Positions 52,342-61,316 of a stretch of DNA of 64,000 nt are shown piece by piece. The translations under genes and the position numbers were made by a program. The stretch comes from Chloroflexota bacterium. GTDB taxonomy: Bacteria > Chloroflexota > Dormibacteria > Dormibacterales > Dormibacteraceae. Location: NCBI GenBank assembly GCA_005880695.1, contig VBGR01000037.1:17584-81583 (forward strand). Reading direction: 5' to 3'. The stretch's first letter is position 1. Every line of letters starts with the position of its first letter. Below the pieces are notes generated by a model. It had not been told where the DNA came from. It saw nothing but the letters and a program-made list of their open reading frames with translations, and did not search any database.

Positions 52342-52563
52342 ATGGCCTCGGACCCGTCTTCTCGCTGGCATCAGGACCCTCGCCGGCTGCCCTCCATCCG
52401 CGGCGACAGCGTCCTCGTGCAGGCAGGCGACAGGCGGCCTGGTGCCAGGTTCTGCGCTCTCTGCGCGACGCCTCTCGAAGGCGGCGCGGTACTGCGCGGG
52501 ATGTGGGCTTACTGCAGCATCGAGTGTGCGCTCAAGATCGAGCGCGAGGACAAGCGGCTCTAG
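52342..52563 (+). CDS. Hypothetical small zinc-ribbon protein
   Basis: C-terminal CALC...(17 aa)...CSIEC four-Cys pattern. The start was chosen at the internal ATG. Coding status is weakly supported. Confidence 0.3.
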   Translation: MASDPSSRWHQDPRRLPSIRGDSVLVQAGDRRPGARFCALCATPLEGGAVLRGMWAYCSIECALKIEREDKRL

Positions 52564-52573
52564 CTCGCACAGG

Positions 52574-53503
52574 CTAGCCGGCTACGCCCACCTCATCGCT
52601 GCTCTCGACTTCGACGTGGTGGCCGAAGAGGGCCCCGGCCGGCAGCTTCTTCGCGCCGACCGCCCAGGCCTCCTGCTCGATCAGGCGGTATCCCCAGCCG
52701 GGCACCTTCGCGGCGTTGGCACGAGCCTCGTCGAGCGCTTTGGTCATGAGCCGGATCCCCTCCAGGCCGGGCAGGCGGCCGATCTTCTCGTCGATCCCCT
52801 GCAATGCCTCGGCGCCGGGCGCGTCATCGAACAGGTACAGGCCAAGGGCGTCCACCTCCTCCTGATTCTTGACGCCTTTCCCGACGACCACCCAGGTCTT
52901 GTCCAGGATGAAGCGGTCTAGCTTCTGGGCCCGGCGGTTGCCGTCAAGCCATTGCTTGGCGCTGTTGTAGTAGAAGGCGAAGTGGCGCCGCTCGTCCTTC
53001 TGGATGCGCCCGAGCAGATCCTCCAGAACTGGGTGGTGGCACTTGCGCGCCAGCGCGGCGTAGCCGGTCGTCGTGCTGAGCTCGTTGATGGCGCCGACCG
53101 AGAGGTAGATCGCGGCGAAGTCCTCCAGCAGCCAGGACCCGACCATGGTCGTGAAGATGCTCATGGTGTTCTGGAACCCGAGGCCGGCCCGGATCTGGGC
53201 AACCCGCTCATCGGTGTCGAACTCCACGCCGTAGCACTTCAGGAACTTGCCGAGGTTCTCGCCATGCCAGAGCTCTTCGTAGACCCAGCAAGAGAGGAAG
53301 GCGGTCAGTATCGGGTTCATGCACGCGCGCGTCACCAGCAGGTGGGAGAGGTAGAGAGACGTGTGGTTCTCGATGTCCATCATGTAGTGCAGGCAGAAGA
53401 GGTCGCCCTTAGAGAGGGGGTACTTCTGGATGTCGTCCCAGGCGACACCGCTGGTGTCCAGCCGCCTGGACTCTTCCTTATAACGGTCGATGCTGAAGCT
53501 CAA
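52574..53503 (-). CDS. Ferritin-like di-iron protein, acyl-ACP-desaturase-like
   Basis: Two ExxH-type motifs in helical context, VYEELWHGEN and QKDERRHFAFY, reminiscent of soluble desaturase / R2-like di-iron carboxylate proteins. Confidence 0.6.
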   Translation of the reverse strand: MSFSIDRYKEESRRLDTSGVAWDDIQKYPLSKGDLFCLHYMMDIENHTSLYLSHLLVTRACMNPILTAFLSCWVYEELWHGENLGKFLKCYGVEFDTDERVAQIRAGLGFQNTMSIFTTMVGSWLLEDFAAIYLSVGAINELSTTTGYAALARKCHHPVLEDLLGRIQKDERRHFAFYYNSAKQWLDGNRRAQKLDRFILDKTWVVVGKGVKNQEEVDALGLYLFDDAPGAEALQGIDEKIGRLPGLEGIRLMTKALDEARANAAKVPGWGYRLIEQEAWAVGAKKLPAGALFGHHVEVESSDEVGVAG

Positions 53504-53816
53504 GGCCGCGCCCTCCTTTGCCTCGAAATCGGTCGGTCGGTAAGGATACGACCCCCGCAGGGCCGGAGATCATTCCCGCTGACTCCCCTCTAGGTGGAAC
53601 CATCCCGGCGAAAACGCTGCATCCGGCCGCCCAGGCCGCCGGGCGCCCCCGGGGCGCTGATGCCGGTGTCTGGGGGCCCGGCGCGCGTCGTCGCGCATCT
53701 TCGGATGCGCTGTCTAGCACGCCACCCCATCCTTGGCACCGACGGCCTGGACGACCGGGCGGAGCCCCTTCGGGCTGCGAGGTTTCCGCCGGGATGGGTC
53801 CACTAGAATCGAGCAG

Positions 53817-54173
53817 ATGCCTGATCGGCGAGACGTGCTCGATCCCGACGAGCTGCCTGAAATCGAGCCGGACGAGCCGGATGACCCTGACGAGGAGCCG
53901 GGTCAGAACGCCGCTGCCAGCGCGGTTGCGACGCCCCAGGTCAGCAACGGCACCGCTGACCGCGAATGGGAGTTCCGCACCGAGACACTGAGCCTGGCCG
54001 AGATCACCGACGGCAAGACGCTGGGGGAACGGTTGACAGCCGCCTCCGCCGACGGCTGGCACCTGGTGGATGTGGTCGATGCTGGCGAACGCCGAGTGCT
54101 GGTCCTGCGCAAGCCGCGCAAACCGGAGCGGGAGCGGCGAACTGTCGGCTTCGCCCCGCCCGGCCGGTCCTGA
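53817..54173 (+). CDS. DUF4177-like small protein with an acidic N-terminal tail
   Basis: Track ORF was trimmed to ATG 53817, which follows TAGAAT at 53802-53807. The core REWEFRTETLSLAE...LTAASADGWHLVDVVDAGERRVLVLRK fits DUF4177. Confidence 0.5.
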   Translation: MPDRRDVLDPDELPEIEPDEPDDPDEEPGQNAAASAVATPQVSNGTADREWEFRTETLSLAEITDGKTLGERLTAASADGWHLVDVVDAGERRVLVLRKPRKPERERRTVGFAPPGRS

Positions 54174-54189
54174 CCAGCCACTGACTCAA

Positions 54190-54915
54190 ATGCCCGAAGC
54201 ACAGCCCGCCGCGCAGGCGCGTAAGCGCGTCCTTCTCATCGAGGACGAACCGGCGATCCGCACGGTGGTCATCGAGATCCTGCGTCGGGAGGGCTACGAG
54301 GTGATCGAGTCCGCGAGCGGGCAGCAGGGGATCCGGGCGGCGGTTTCGCGCGAGCCGGACCTGGTTTTGCTGGACTGGGTGCTTCCTGACATCAGTGGCC
54401 TGGACGTCTGCCGCGAGATCCGCCGCCAGGGGGTCCTCTGCCCGGTCATCATGCTCACCGGCCGCAGCTCCAAAGTGGACATGGTCGTGGGCCTCGAGGT
54501 GGGCGCCGACGACTACATCACGAAGCCCTTCGACGCGCGCGAGCTGGCCGCCCGCCTGCGCGCTCACCTGCGGCGCGCCGACCAGAGCCCCTCTGCCAGC
54601 CGGCGCGAAGGCTTGCTGGTTGTGGGCGGTGTCCAGGTCGACACCGAGAGCCGCCGGGTTCGCGTTTCCGATGAGGAGATCCCGCTCACGATGACCGAGT
54701 TCAACCTGCTCGCCCTGCTCGCCGCCAACGCCGGGCGGGTCCTGACCCGGGCCCAGCTCCTGGAGAAGGTGTGGGGCTACCTGGCCGATGTCGACTATCA
54801 CTCGGTCGACCCGCACATGCAGCGGCTCCGCCGGAAGCTCAACTCGCGCGACGCCGCCGGGGTTGCCCTGGAAGCCGTGCCGGGTCTCGGCTACCGCCTC
54901 ACGCCACTGAGCTAA
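54190..54915 (+). CDS. OmpR/PhoB-family response regulator
   Basis: REC domain (LLIEDE, LVLLDWVLPD, MLTG, ITKPF) plus a winged-helix domain (LTMTEFNLLALL...GLGYRL). Track ORF was trimmed to ATG 54190. Confidence 0.85.
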   Translation: MPEAQPAAQARKRVLLIEDEPAIRTVVIEILRREGYEVIESASGQQGIRAAVSREPDLVLLDWVLPDISGLDVCREIRRQGVLCPVIMLTGRSSKVDMVVGLEVGADDYITKPFDARELAARLRAHLRRADQSPSASRREGLLVVGGVQVDTESRRVRVSDEEIPLTMTEFNLLALLAANAGRVLTRAQLLEKVWGYLADVDYHSVDPHMQRLRRKLNSRDAAGVALEAVPGLGYRLTPLS

Positions 54916-54924
54916 GCCGAAGAC

Positions 54925-55734
54925 ATGGCCGATTCCCGACCTATCGGCGTGTTCGATTCCGGTGTGGGCGGCCTCACCGTGCTGCGCGAGATCCACGATC
55001 GGCTGCCCAGCGAGTCGACCATCTACCTGGGCGACCTCAAGCACTTTCCCTACGGGCCGCGTTACCCGACCGAGGTCCGCGGCTTCGCTTTCGACATCAT
55101 TCGCTACCTGCAGGGCCGCGACGTGAAGCTGGTGGTGATCGCCTGCAACACGGCCACGGCCGCGGCCCTGAGCCAGGCCAGGGAGACTTTCGACGTCCCC
55201 ATCGTCGGCGTCATCGGTCCCGGCGCGCACGCCGCGGTCGAAGCCACCCGCAAGGGCCTGGTCGGGGTCATCTCGACCGAGGGCACGGCGGCCAGCCAGG
55301 AATATCTCCACGCGATCAAGGAGATCGATCCGATGGTGGGCGTCTTCCAGAAGGCCTGCCCGGAGCTGGTCGACATCGTGGAGCAGGGAGACGCCGACTC
55401 GCCGCGCGCTGAGGTCGCCCTTGAACGCGACCTGGCCGAGATCGTCAAGCTGGGAGCGGACGTCCTGGTGTTGGGGTGCACGCACTACCCGCTCCTGAAG
55501 CCGGCCATCGGCCGCATCTACCCGGGCTGCTTCCAGCTCGTCGATTCGGCCAGCACCACCGCCGAGAAGGTGCGGCGCCAACTCGAGCACGCCAACCTGC
55601 TGGCGGACGGCGCCCGGCCTCAGCACGAGATCGTCGTGACCTCGGTGCCGGAGCGCTTCAACGAGGTGGCGGAGATCCTCTTCGGCGAGCGGGTGCCCGA
55701 GGTGACGGAGGTGGATATCTGGGAAGCCAAATGA
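54925..55734 (+). CDS. murI: Glutamate racemase
   Basis: FDSGVGGLTV, IACNTAT and LGCTHYP motifs. Confidence 0.9.
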   Translation: MADSRPIGVFDSGVGGLTVLREIHDRLPSESTIYLGDLKHFPYGPRYPTEVRGFAFDIIRYLQGRDVKLVVIACNTATAAALSQARETFDVPIVGVIGPGAHAAVEATRKGLVGVISTEGTAASQEYLHAIKEIDPMVGVFQKACPELVDIVEQGDADSPRAEVALERDLAEIVKLGADVLVLGCTHYPLLKPAIGRIYPGCFQLVDSASTTAEKVRRQLEHANLLADGARPQHEIVVTSVPERFNEVAEILFGERVPEVTEVDIWEAK

Positions 55735-56699
55735 CGGCTGCGCCTTTCGGGCCGGTCGCCGAAGACCTGGCCCGGGTCGAAGAGCTGCTTCACAAGTCGA
55801 TAAGCGAGGACGGCGAGGCGATGTCGGCGCCCATGTCAGAGCTCTTCCTGGCCGGCGGCAAGCGGCTGCGGCCGGCGCTGGTGCTGCTCGCGGGCGGACT
55901 CGGACGCTACGACCCGGAGCCCCTTGCCGCGGCTGCCATCGCGGTTGAGCTCGTTCACGCGGCGACCCTGGTCCACGACGACGTGATCGACCACGCCCAG
56001 GTGCGACGGGGCCGGCCGACAGTCGCAGCGACTCTCGGCGATTCACCGGCCATCGTCGTCGGCGACTACTACTTTGCCAAGGCCTACGGCCACGCCAGCC
56101 TGACTCGCCAGCCGGCGGCCGTGCATGAGCTTGCCAGCGCGGTGATGCGGATTTGCCTTGGCGAGCTCCGGCAGCAGCGCGATCGCTACCGCTACCGGCC
56201 AACGCGCGCCGAATACCTGGCTCGGATCGAGGCCAAGACGGCGACCCTCCTGGCGTCGAGTTGCTGGATCGGTGGTCTGCTGGCTGGGCTCGGCGAGCGG
56301 GAGCTGGCCGCCCTCCGTCACTACGGCACCTCGCTCGGCCTCGCCTTCCAGATCGCCGACGACGTGCTCGACTACGTCGCCGACCAGGCCATCCTCGGCA
56401 AGCCGACGGGACAGGACCTGCTCGAGGGCCACGCCACGCTTCCCCTGATGCTGGCGCTCGAGGAAGCGGGTGTCACGGCGACGATCGGCGATCTGCTGGC
56501 CGATGGACGCCGCCTGGAGCGCGCGGAAGTTGAGCAGGTGGTGGCCCGAGTGCGCGGGTCGAACGGCCCGCCGGCGGCCCTGGCCGAAGCAGACCGGCTG
56601 GCCGCGACCGCCCGCGACCGCCTCGAATCGCTGCCGGCGGGGCCGTCTCGTGACGCGCTGGCGGAGCTGACCGAATACGTGGTCAGGCGGGAGCTGTGA
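55731..56699 (+). CDS. Long-chain polyprenyl diphosphate synthase
   Basis: FARM motif LVHDDVIDH and SARM motif IADDVLDY. ATG 55731 overlaps the murI stop (ATGA). Track ORF 55476 was trimmed. Confidence 0.85.
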   Translation: MTAAPFGPVAEDLARVEELLHKSISEDGEAMSAPMSELFLAGGKRLRPALVLLAGGLGRYDPEPLAAAAIAVELVHAATLVHDDVIDHAQVRRGRPTVAATLGDSPAIVVGDYYFAKAYGHASLTRQPAAVHELASAVMRICLGELRQQRDRYRYRPTRAEYLARIEAKTATLLASSCWIGGLLAGLGERELAALRHYGTSLGLAFQIADDVLDYVADQAILGKPTGQDLLEGHATLPLMLALEEAGVTATIGDLLADGRRLERAEVEQVVARVRGSNGPPAALAEADRLAATARDRLESLPAGPSRDALAELTEYVVRREL

Positions 56700-58102
56700 A
56701 GATCCATCGCGTGCACCTGGTCGGGATCGGGCCCGGTTCGCCGGATCTGCTGACTTTGAAGGCCGCCGAATCGATCAGGGCCGCGGACGTGATCCGCCAC
56801 CCGCCGGGCGTTGCCGCCGCGATCCTGGGTCACGCCCGCCCTGGAGCCCAGATCGGCCCCTATGAGAGCGACGACGAGATCTTGCATCTCGCCTCTCATG
56901 AGCACCGCGTGGCAGTGCTCTTTTTCGGCGACCCGTTCGTATTTTCGCCCGGGGCCGAGCTTGCCGGCAGGCTCAGCAACGCCGGCCTCGAGTTCGATGT
57001 GGTGCCTGGGATCCTGCACGAGTCGGCCGGCTCCGCGATCAGCGGCATCACCCTGAGCGTGATCGGGCTCACCCCGGCTGACGGCTCCACCGGTGCGTTC
57101 AGAATTCCGGCCGGGGAGATGCAGGCATCCGTCAGTAACCTGCTCGCGCAAGGGCATTCGCCCGACGTCGCCGCCGCCGTCATCTTCAACCCGGGCGGCC
57201 CCGGCCAGCGCAAGGTGATGGCGCCGCTCCGCCATCTGGCCGGGCTGGCGGCCGCCGGAGTCGAGGGCGACGTGCTCCTGGTGGTGGGTCCCGGCGTCGA
57301 ATCGGGCGACCGGCTCGACACGCTCGCCCGCCGGCCGCTCCACGGTTTCCGGGTGCTGGTCACTCGCGCTCGCCAGCAGGCGGAGGAGTTCCACCGCCAG
57401 CTCTCCGACCTCGGCGCCTGGGTGGTCGACGTTCCCACCATCGAGGTGCGCCCGACCCGGCTCGACGCGCATATGCGAGAGGCCATCGAACGCCTGCCGG
57501 ATACGAGCCTGGTGGTGTTCGCCTCCTCCAACGCGGTCGAGATTTTCTTCGACATGCTCTTCGAGCTCGGGCAGGACGCCCGCCGCCTGCGTGATTGCCG
57601 GCTCTGCGCGATCGGCCCGGAGACGGCCCGCTCGCTGGAGTCGCACGGCCTCCGCCCAGACCGAGTCTCCGGCGAATACACGGCTGAAGGGCTGGTGGAG
57701 ACGCTGCGCGGTTGGGATCTACGCGGCGCCCGCATCCTGGTGCCGCGCTCACGGCAGAACCGAGATGCCTTGCCGGCGCTGCTCGCCCAGCACGGCGCTG
57801 AGGTGGAACTGCTCTTCGTCTACGAGCTGGCTTGCCCGGCGGCGGCCGCGCCGGCGCTGCGCCGGCTCTTCGAAGCCGAGCCGGTCGACGTGGTCACCTT
57901 CACCAGCTCCTCCACCGCCGTCAACTTTGCGTCTGCCTTCGGGGAGGGTCTAAAGGGCGCCCTGGAAGAGACCAAGGTCGCCTGCATGGGGCCTGTTACG
58001 GCCGACACCGCCCGCCAGCTCGGGATGCGCGTCGATATAATCGCCGGCGAGTACACGAGTCGCGGCCTGGCCTCCGCCATCGCCGCGTTTTTCACCGCAT
58101 GA
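56696..58102 (+). CDS. Fusion of a uroporphyrinogen-III C-methyltransferase-like domain and uroporphyrinogen-III synthase
   Basis: The N-terminal domain has GIGPGSPDLLTLKA and FFGDPFVFSPGAE (tetrapyrrole methylase). The C-terminal ~230 aa are HemD-like (VLVTRARQQAEEF...VTFTSSSTAVNF). Confidence 0.7.
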   Translation: MKIHRVHLVGIGPGSPDLLTLKAAESIRAADVIRHPPGVAAAILGHARPGAQIGPYESDDEILHLASHEHRVAVLFFGDPFVFSPGAELAGRLSNAGLEFDVVPGILHESAGSAISGITLSVIGLTPADGSTGAFRIPAGEMQASVSNLLAQGHSPDVAAAVIFNPGGPGQRKVMAPLRHLAGLAAAGVEGDVLLVVGPGVESGDRLDTLARRPLHGFRVLVTRARQQAEEFHRQLSDLGAWVVDVPTIEVRPTRLDAHMREAIERLPDTSLVVFASSNAVEIFFDMLFELGQDARRLRDCRLCAIGPETARSLESHGLRPDRVSGEYTAEGLVETLRGWDLRGARILVPRSRQNRDALPALLAQHGAEVELLFVYELACPAAAAPALRRLFEAEPVDVVTFTSSSTAVNFASAFGEGLKGALEETKVACMGPVTADTARQLGMRVDIIAGEYTSRGLASAIAAFFTA

Positions 58103-58818
58103 GCATCTCCAGCAGCCAGTCCGGCACGTCTCGCCGTCGCGGCCGCCGCCCGGGACCCGCCCAGGAAGTCCAGGAGGCCGAGGCGCCCTGGCGCCTGCCC
58201 GATCTCCCGGCCCTGCTCACTCTGGCGGTCATCCTCGCCCTTCTCATGGCGCTGGGTTTTGGGCTCTGGAAAGCGGTGGAAGTCAAACCCGCCGGGCCCT
58301 TCGCAAAGTGCAAGACGGCGGCCCAGCTCGGTCCCCACCTCTACGCGGGGCCGCCGGCCATGTGCATCGACGTCAACAAGACCTACATGGCGAACCTGTA
58401 CACCACCCGCGGCACGATCGGCATCTCGATGATCGCCAAGGACGCGCCGCAAACCGTCAACAACTTCATAGTCCTGGGCGTCAACGGCTACTACAACGGG
58501 CTCGGCTTCTGGCGGATCGAGAAGTGGATCATCCAGGGCGGCGACCCCAGCGGGGACGGGACCGGTGGGCCCGGCTATACGCTGCCGCCCGAGGCGAACA
58601 GCAGTGCCTGGGCTCCGGGTTCGGTAGGAATGGCGAGGGATCCGTCGGGACCGGTCAACGGCAGCCAGTTCTTCTTCCTGAAGGACGCCTGGCCTGGGTC
58701 CGGCCCCGGTGGCGTGGTCTACAACCAGTTCGGCACGGCACTGATCGGGTTCGAGCTGGTCGGCCAGCTCAACGACTCCGACCGGGTCTTGGGCTTCGAC
58801 GTCAAGCTCCAGTCCTAG
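58099..58818 (+). CDS. Membrane-anchored cyclophilin-type peptidyl-prolyl isomerase
   Basis: TM helix followed by NFIVLGVNGYYNGLGFWRI...IQGGDP...GSQFFF cyclophilin motifs. ATG 58099 overlaps the upstream stop. Confidence 0.8.
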   Translation: MSISSSQSGTSRRRGRRPGPAQEVQEAEAPWRLPDLPALLTLAVILALLMALGFGLWKAVEVKPAGPFAKCKTAAQLGPHLYAGPPAMCIDVNKTYMANLYTTRGTIGISMIAKDAPQTVNNFIVLGVNGYYNGLGFWRIEKWIIQGGDPSGDGTGGPGYTLPPEANSSAWAPGSVGMARDPSGPVNGSQFFFLKDAWPGSGPGGVVYNQFGTALIGFELVGQLNDSDRVLGFDVKLQS

Positions 58819-58875
58819 CGACGGCGCCAAGCTCGCGGGCGACCGACTGGAGACGAGTCGGGGTAAACTGCGCGC

Positions 58876-59145
58876 ATGCCCGGGTTCATAGGCCATTGGT
58901 GGTTCATCATCCTGCTGGTGATCGTCCTGATCATCTTCGGGCCGGGCAAACTGCCCCAGCTCGGCGGGGCGGTCGGCCAGGCCATCAAGGAGTTTCGGAA
59001 GGCGACGAGCGAGCTCCGAGACGAGGTCACCCGAGCCACGTCGACCGAGCCTGAGCAGCCGCCGCCGGCTCCGGCGCCTCCGCCTTCTGCTTCGACCCCC
59101 GCCCCCGAACCCATCAAGGAAGCGCACCCCGAGCCCAAGGCTTAG
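58876..59145 (+). CDS. tatA: Twin-arginine translocase subunit TatA/E
   Basis: N-terminal TM helix, the FGPGKLP hinge, an amphipathic helix and a Pro/Ala-rich tail. Confidence 0.85.
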   Translation: MPGFIGHWWFIILLVIVLIIFGPGKLPQLGGAVGQAIKEFRKATSELRDEVTRATSTEPEQPPPAPAPPPSASTPAPEPIKEAHPEPKA

Positions 59146-59160
59146 CGGGCGCCCCGGCTG

Positions 59161-59916
59161 ATGGCACTCCTGGACCGCGTGCTCCAGCGCGGGCCCTCCG
59201 GATCCTCACCAGAGGACTTCGACGACGCCCGGATGACCATCCTGGAGCACCTCCAGGACCTCCGGCGGGTGCTCATCGTCTCGATGATCGCCTGGGCGTT
59301 GGGGACCGCGATCGCCTTTGCCTTCTGGCCTCGGATCCTGGAATTCCTGATCCAGCGGGGCGCGGTGAAGCACCTCGTCTACCTGGGCCCCCCGGGCGCT
59401 CTCACTCTCGGTCTCAAGATCGCTCTCTTCGTCGGGATCGTGGTCGCCGCCCCGGTCTGGATCCAGCAGCTCTGGTGGTTCGTCAGCCCCGGGCTGCACC
59501 AGAAGGAAAAGCGGCTGATCCTCCCCTTGATCCTGGCCACGATCGCCTTCTTCGCGATCGGGGTGGCTTTCGCCCTCTTCTCCCTGCCGCTTTTCCTGCG
59601 GATCCTGAACGGGTTCGCGCCACCCGATCTGAGCTACCTCGGCGTCGCCGACGAATACATCAGCTTCGTCCTCCTGCTGGTCGTCGGCTTCGGCATCGTC
59701 TTCGAGCTGCCGATCGTGATCTTCGTGCTCGGGCTGATCGGGGTCATCAAGTCGAAGTGGCTTTACCGCAACCGCTTCTACTGGATCATCGGGCTCGGCG
59801 TGATCTCCAACCTGCTGACGCCTGGCGTCGACCCGATCACGCCGCTCTTCATGTGGGTTCCCCTCTACGTGTTCTGGGAAGCGACAGCCCTGCTCTTGAA
59901 GCTCCTTGGTAAGTAA
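59161..59916 (+). CDS. tatC: Twin-arginine translocase subunit TatC
   Basis: Six-TM protein with MTILEHLQDLRR at the N-terminus and the typical TatC topology. Confidence 0.9.
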   Translation: MALLDRVLQRGPSGSSPEDFDDARMTILEHLQDLRRVLIVSMIAWALGTAIAFAFWPRILEFLIQRGAVKHLVYLGPPGALTLGLKIALFVGIVVAAPVWIQQLWWFVSPGLHQKEKRLILPLILATIAFFAIGVAFALFSLPLFLRILNGFAPPDLSYLGVADEYISFVLLLVVGFGIVFELPIVIFVLGLIGVIKSKWLYRNRFYWIIGLGVISNLLTPGVDPITPLFMWVPLYVFWEATALLLKLLGK

Positions 59917-59926
59917 GCTCGGCAGC

Positions 59927-60655
59927 GTGCAAAGGCACGATGGGCGAGCGCCGGACGAGCTCCGGCCGGTCCGCATCACGATGAGCACCAACGCGTACGC
60001 GGAGGGCTCCTGCGTGATCGAGATGGGACGCACGCGCGTCAACGTCACCGCCAGCGTCGAAGACCGCGTGCCCGCGCACCGCCGCGGAACGGGCCACGGC
60101 TGGATCACCGCCGAGTACTCGATGCTGCCGCGGGCGACGCACGACCGCGGCATGCGGGAGTCGATCCAGGGCCGGCTCGGCGGCCGCACCCACGAGATCC
60201 AGCGCCTGATCGGCCGGGCGCTCCGGGCGGGGGTCGACATGTCCCGCCTCGGCGAGCGCACGATCACCCTCGACTGTGACGTGCTGCAGGCGGACGGAGG
60301 TACCCGCACCGCCTCGATCACGGGGGCGTTCGTGGCCCTCGCCCAGGCCCTGGGCCGCATGCAGGCCGCCGGCCAGTTGGGCGGCGCCTCACCAGTCAGG
60401 CAGCACGTCGCGGCGGTCAGCTGCGGTGTCGTTGAGGGCACGCCGGTGTTGGACCTCGACTACGCGGAGGATTTCCAGGCCGAGACCGACCTCAACTGCG
60501 TCATGGGCGAGGACTTGCGGCTGATCGAGCTGCAGGCGACGGCCGAGCGGCAGCCCTTCAGCAAAGAGGAGCTTGACGCGATGGTGCGGCTCGCCGGCAA
60601 AGGCATCGGCGAGCTGATCACCGCCCAGAAAAAGGCTCTCGCGTCGCTCGACTGA
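59927..60655 (+). CDS. rph: Ribonuclease PH
   Basis: RHDGRAPDELRPVRI...EGSCVIEMGRTRV...DCDVLQADGGTRTASITGA. GTG 59927 is preferred over track start 59906 because it does not overlap tatC. Confidence 0.9.
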   Translation: MQRHDGRAPDELRPVRITMSTNAYAEGSCVIEMGRTRVNVTASVEDRVPAHRRGTGHGWITAEYSMLPRATHDRGMRESIQGRLGGRTHEIQRLIGRALRAGVDMSRLGERTITLDCDVLQADGGTRTASITGAFVALAQALGRMQAAGQLGGASPVRQHVAAVSCGVVEGTPVLDLDYAEDFQAETDLNCVMGEDLRLIELQATAERQPFSKEELDAMVRLAGKGIGELITAQKKALASLD

Positions 60656-60666
60656 GCCGGCTCGTC

Positions 60667-61215
60667 GTGGCGACGGGCAACCAGGGCAAGCTCCGCGAGT
60701 ACCGCGACCTGCTCGAACCAGCCGGGTTCGAGGTCGTGCCGTTCGAGCCGGGCATCGAAGAGACAGGTTCGACTTACCTGGAAAACGCCGCCCTCAAGGC
60801 GGAGGCGGCGATGGCCGCCACAGGTACGCCGGCGGTCGGCGACGACAGCGGCGTCGAGGTGGAGGCTCTCGACGGCTTCCCGGGCCTTTACTCGGCGCGC
60901 CTCGGCAAGACGCAGCCGGAGCGGACTGCGGAGCTGTTGCGGCGCCTGGAGCCTTACCCGCGGCCCTGGCGGGCGCGGTTCACCTGCACGATCGCCCTGG
61001 CCCGACCCGGAGAGACCACCCGGTCAGTGACGGGTGAGCGCCGGGGTGAGATCGTGCCTGAGTGGCGGGGCGGTGTCGGCTTCGGCTACGACCCGGTCTT
61101 CTATGTGGCCGAGGCGGGGAAGACGTTCGGGGAGATGGACCCGGAGGAGAAGCACCGCTGGAGTCATCGGGGCGCCGCGGTTCGGGCTCTGCTCGCCAGC
61201 GGCTGGCTATCCTGA
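60667..61215 (+). CDS. rdgB: Non-canonical purine NTP pyrophosphatase (RdgB/HAM1)
   Basis: VATGNQGKLREY, DDSGVEVEALDGFPG and GFGYDPVF motifs. The start may be a few codons upstream (CTG 60652). Confidence 0.85.
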   Translation: MATGNQGKLREYRDLLEPAGFEVVPFEPGIEETGSTYLENAALKAEAAMAATGTPAVGDDSGVEVEALDGFPGLYSARLGKTQPERTAELLRRLEPYPRPWRARFTCTIALARPGETTRSVTGERRGEIVPEWRGGVGFGYDPVFYVAEAGKTFGEMDPEEKHRWSHRGAAVRALLASGWLS

Positions 61216-61225
61216 TACGCGCCTT

Positions 61226-61299
61226 CGGGCGGTAGCTTAGCCCGGCAAAGCGCCTGGTTTGGGACCAGGAGACCGCGAGTTCGAATCTCGCCCGCCCGA
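61226..61299 (+). tRNA. tRNA-Pro (anticodon TGG), CCA not encoded
   Basis: Acceptor CGGGCGG/CCGCCCG, anticodon stem CCTGG/CCAGG with loop TTTGGGA, T-arm GCGAG TTCGAAT CTCGC, and discriminator A. Confidence 0.88.
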
Positions 61300-61316
61300 C
61301 TCAGGTTGTTTTGGAG

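Noticed and set aside
54004-56202. 732-aa minus-strand ORF
   Set aside because: It is antisense to the response regulator, murI and the polyprenyl synthase, all of which have clear motifs. Its composition is Arg/Pro/Ala/Gly-dominated.
57820-60441. Two long minus-strand ORFs (57820-59127 and 59206-60441)
   Set aside because: They are antisense to the cyclophilin, tatA, tatC and rph genes. No motifs; Arg/Pro/Gly-rich.
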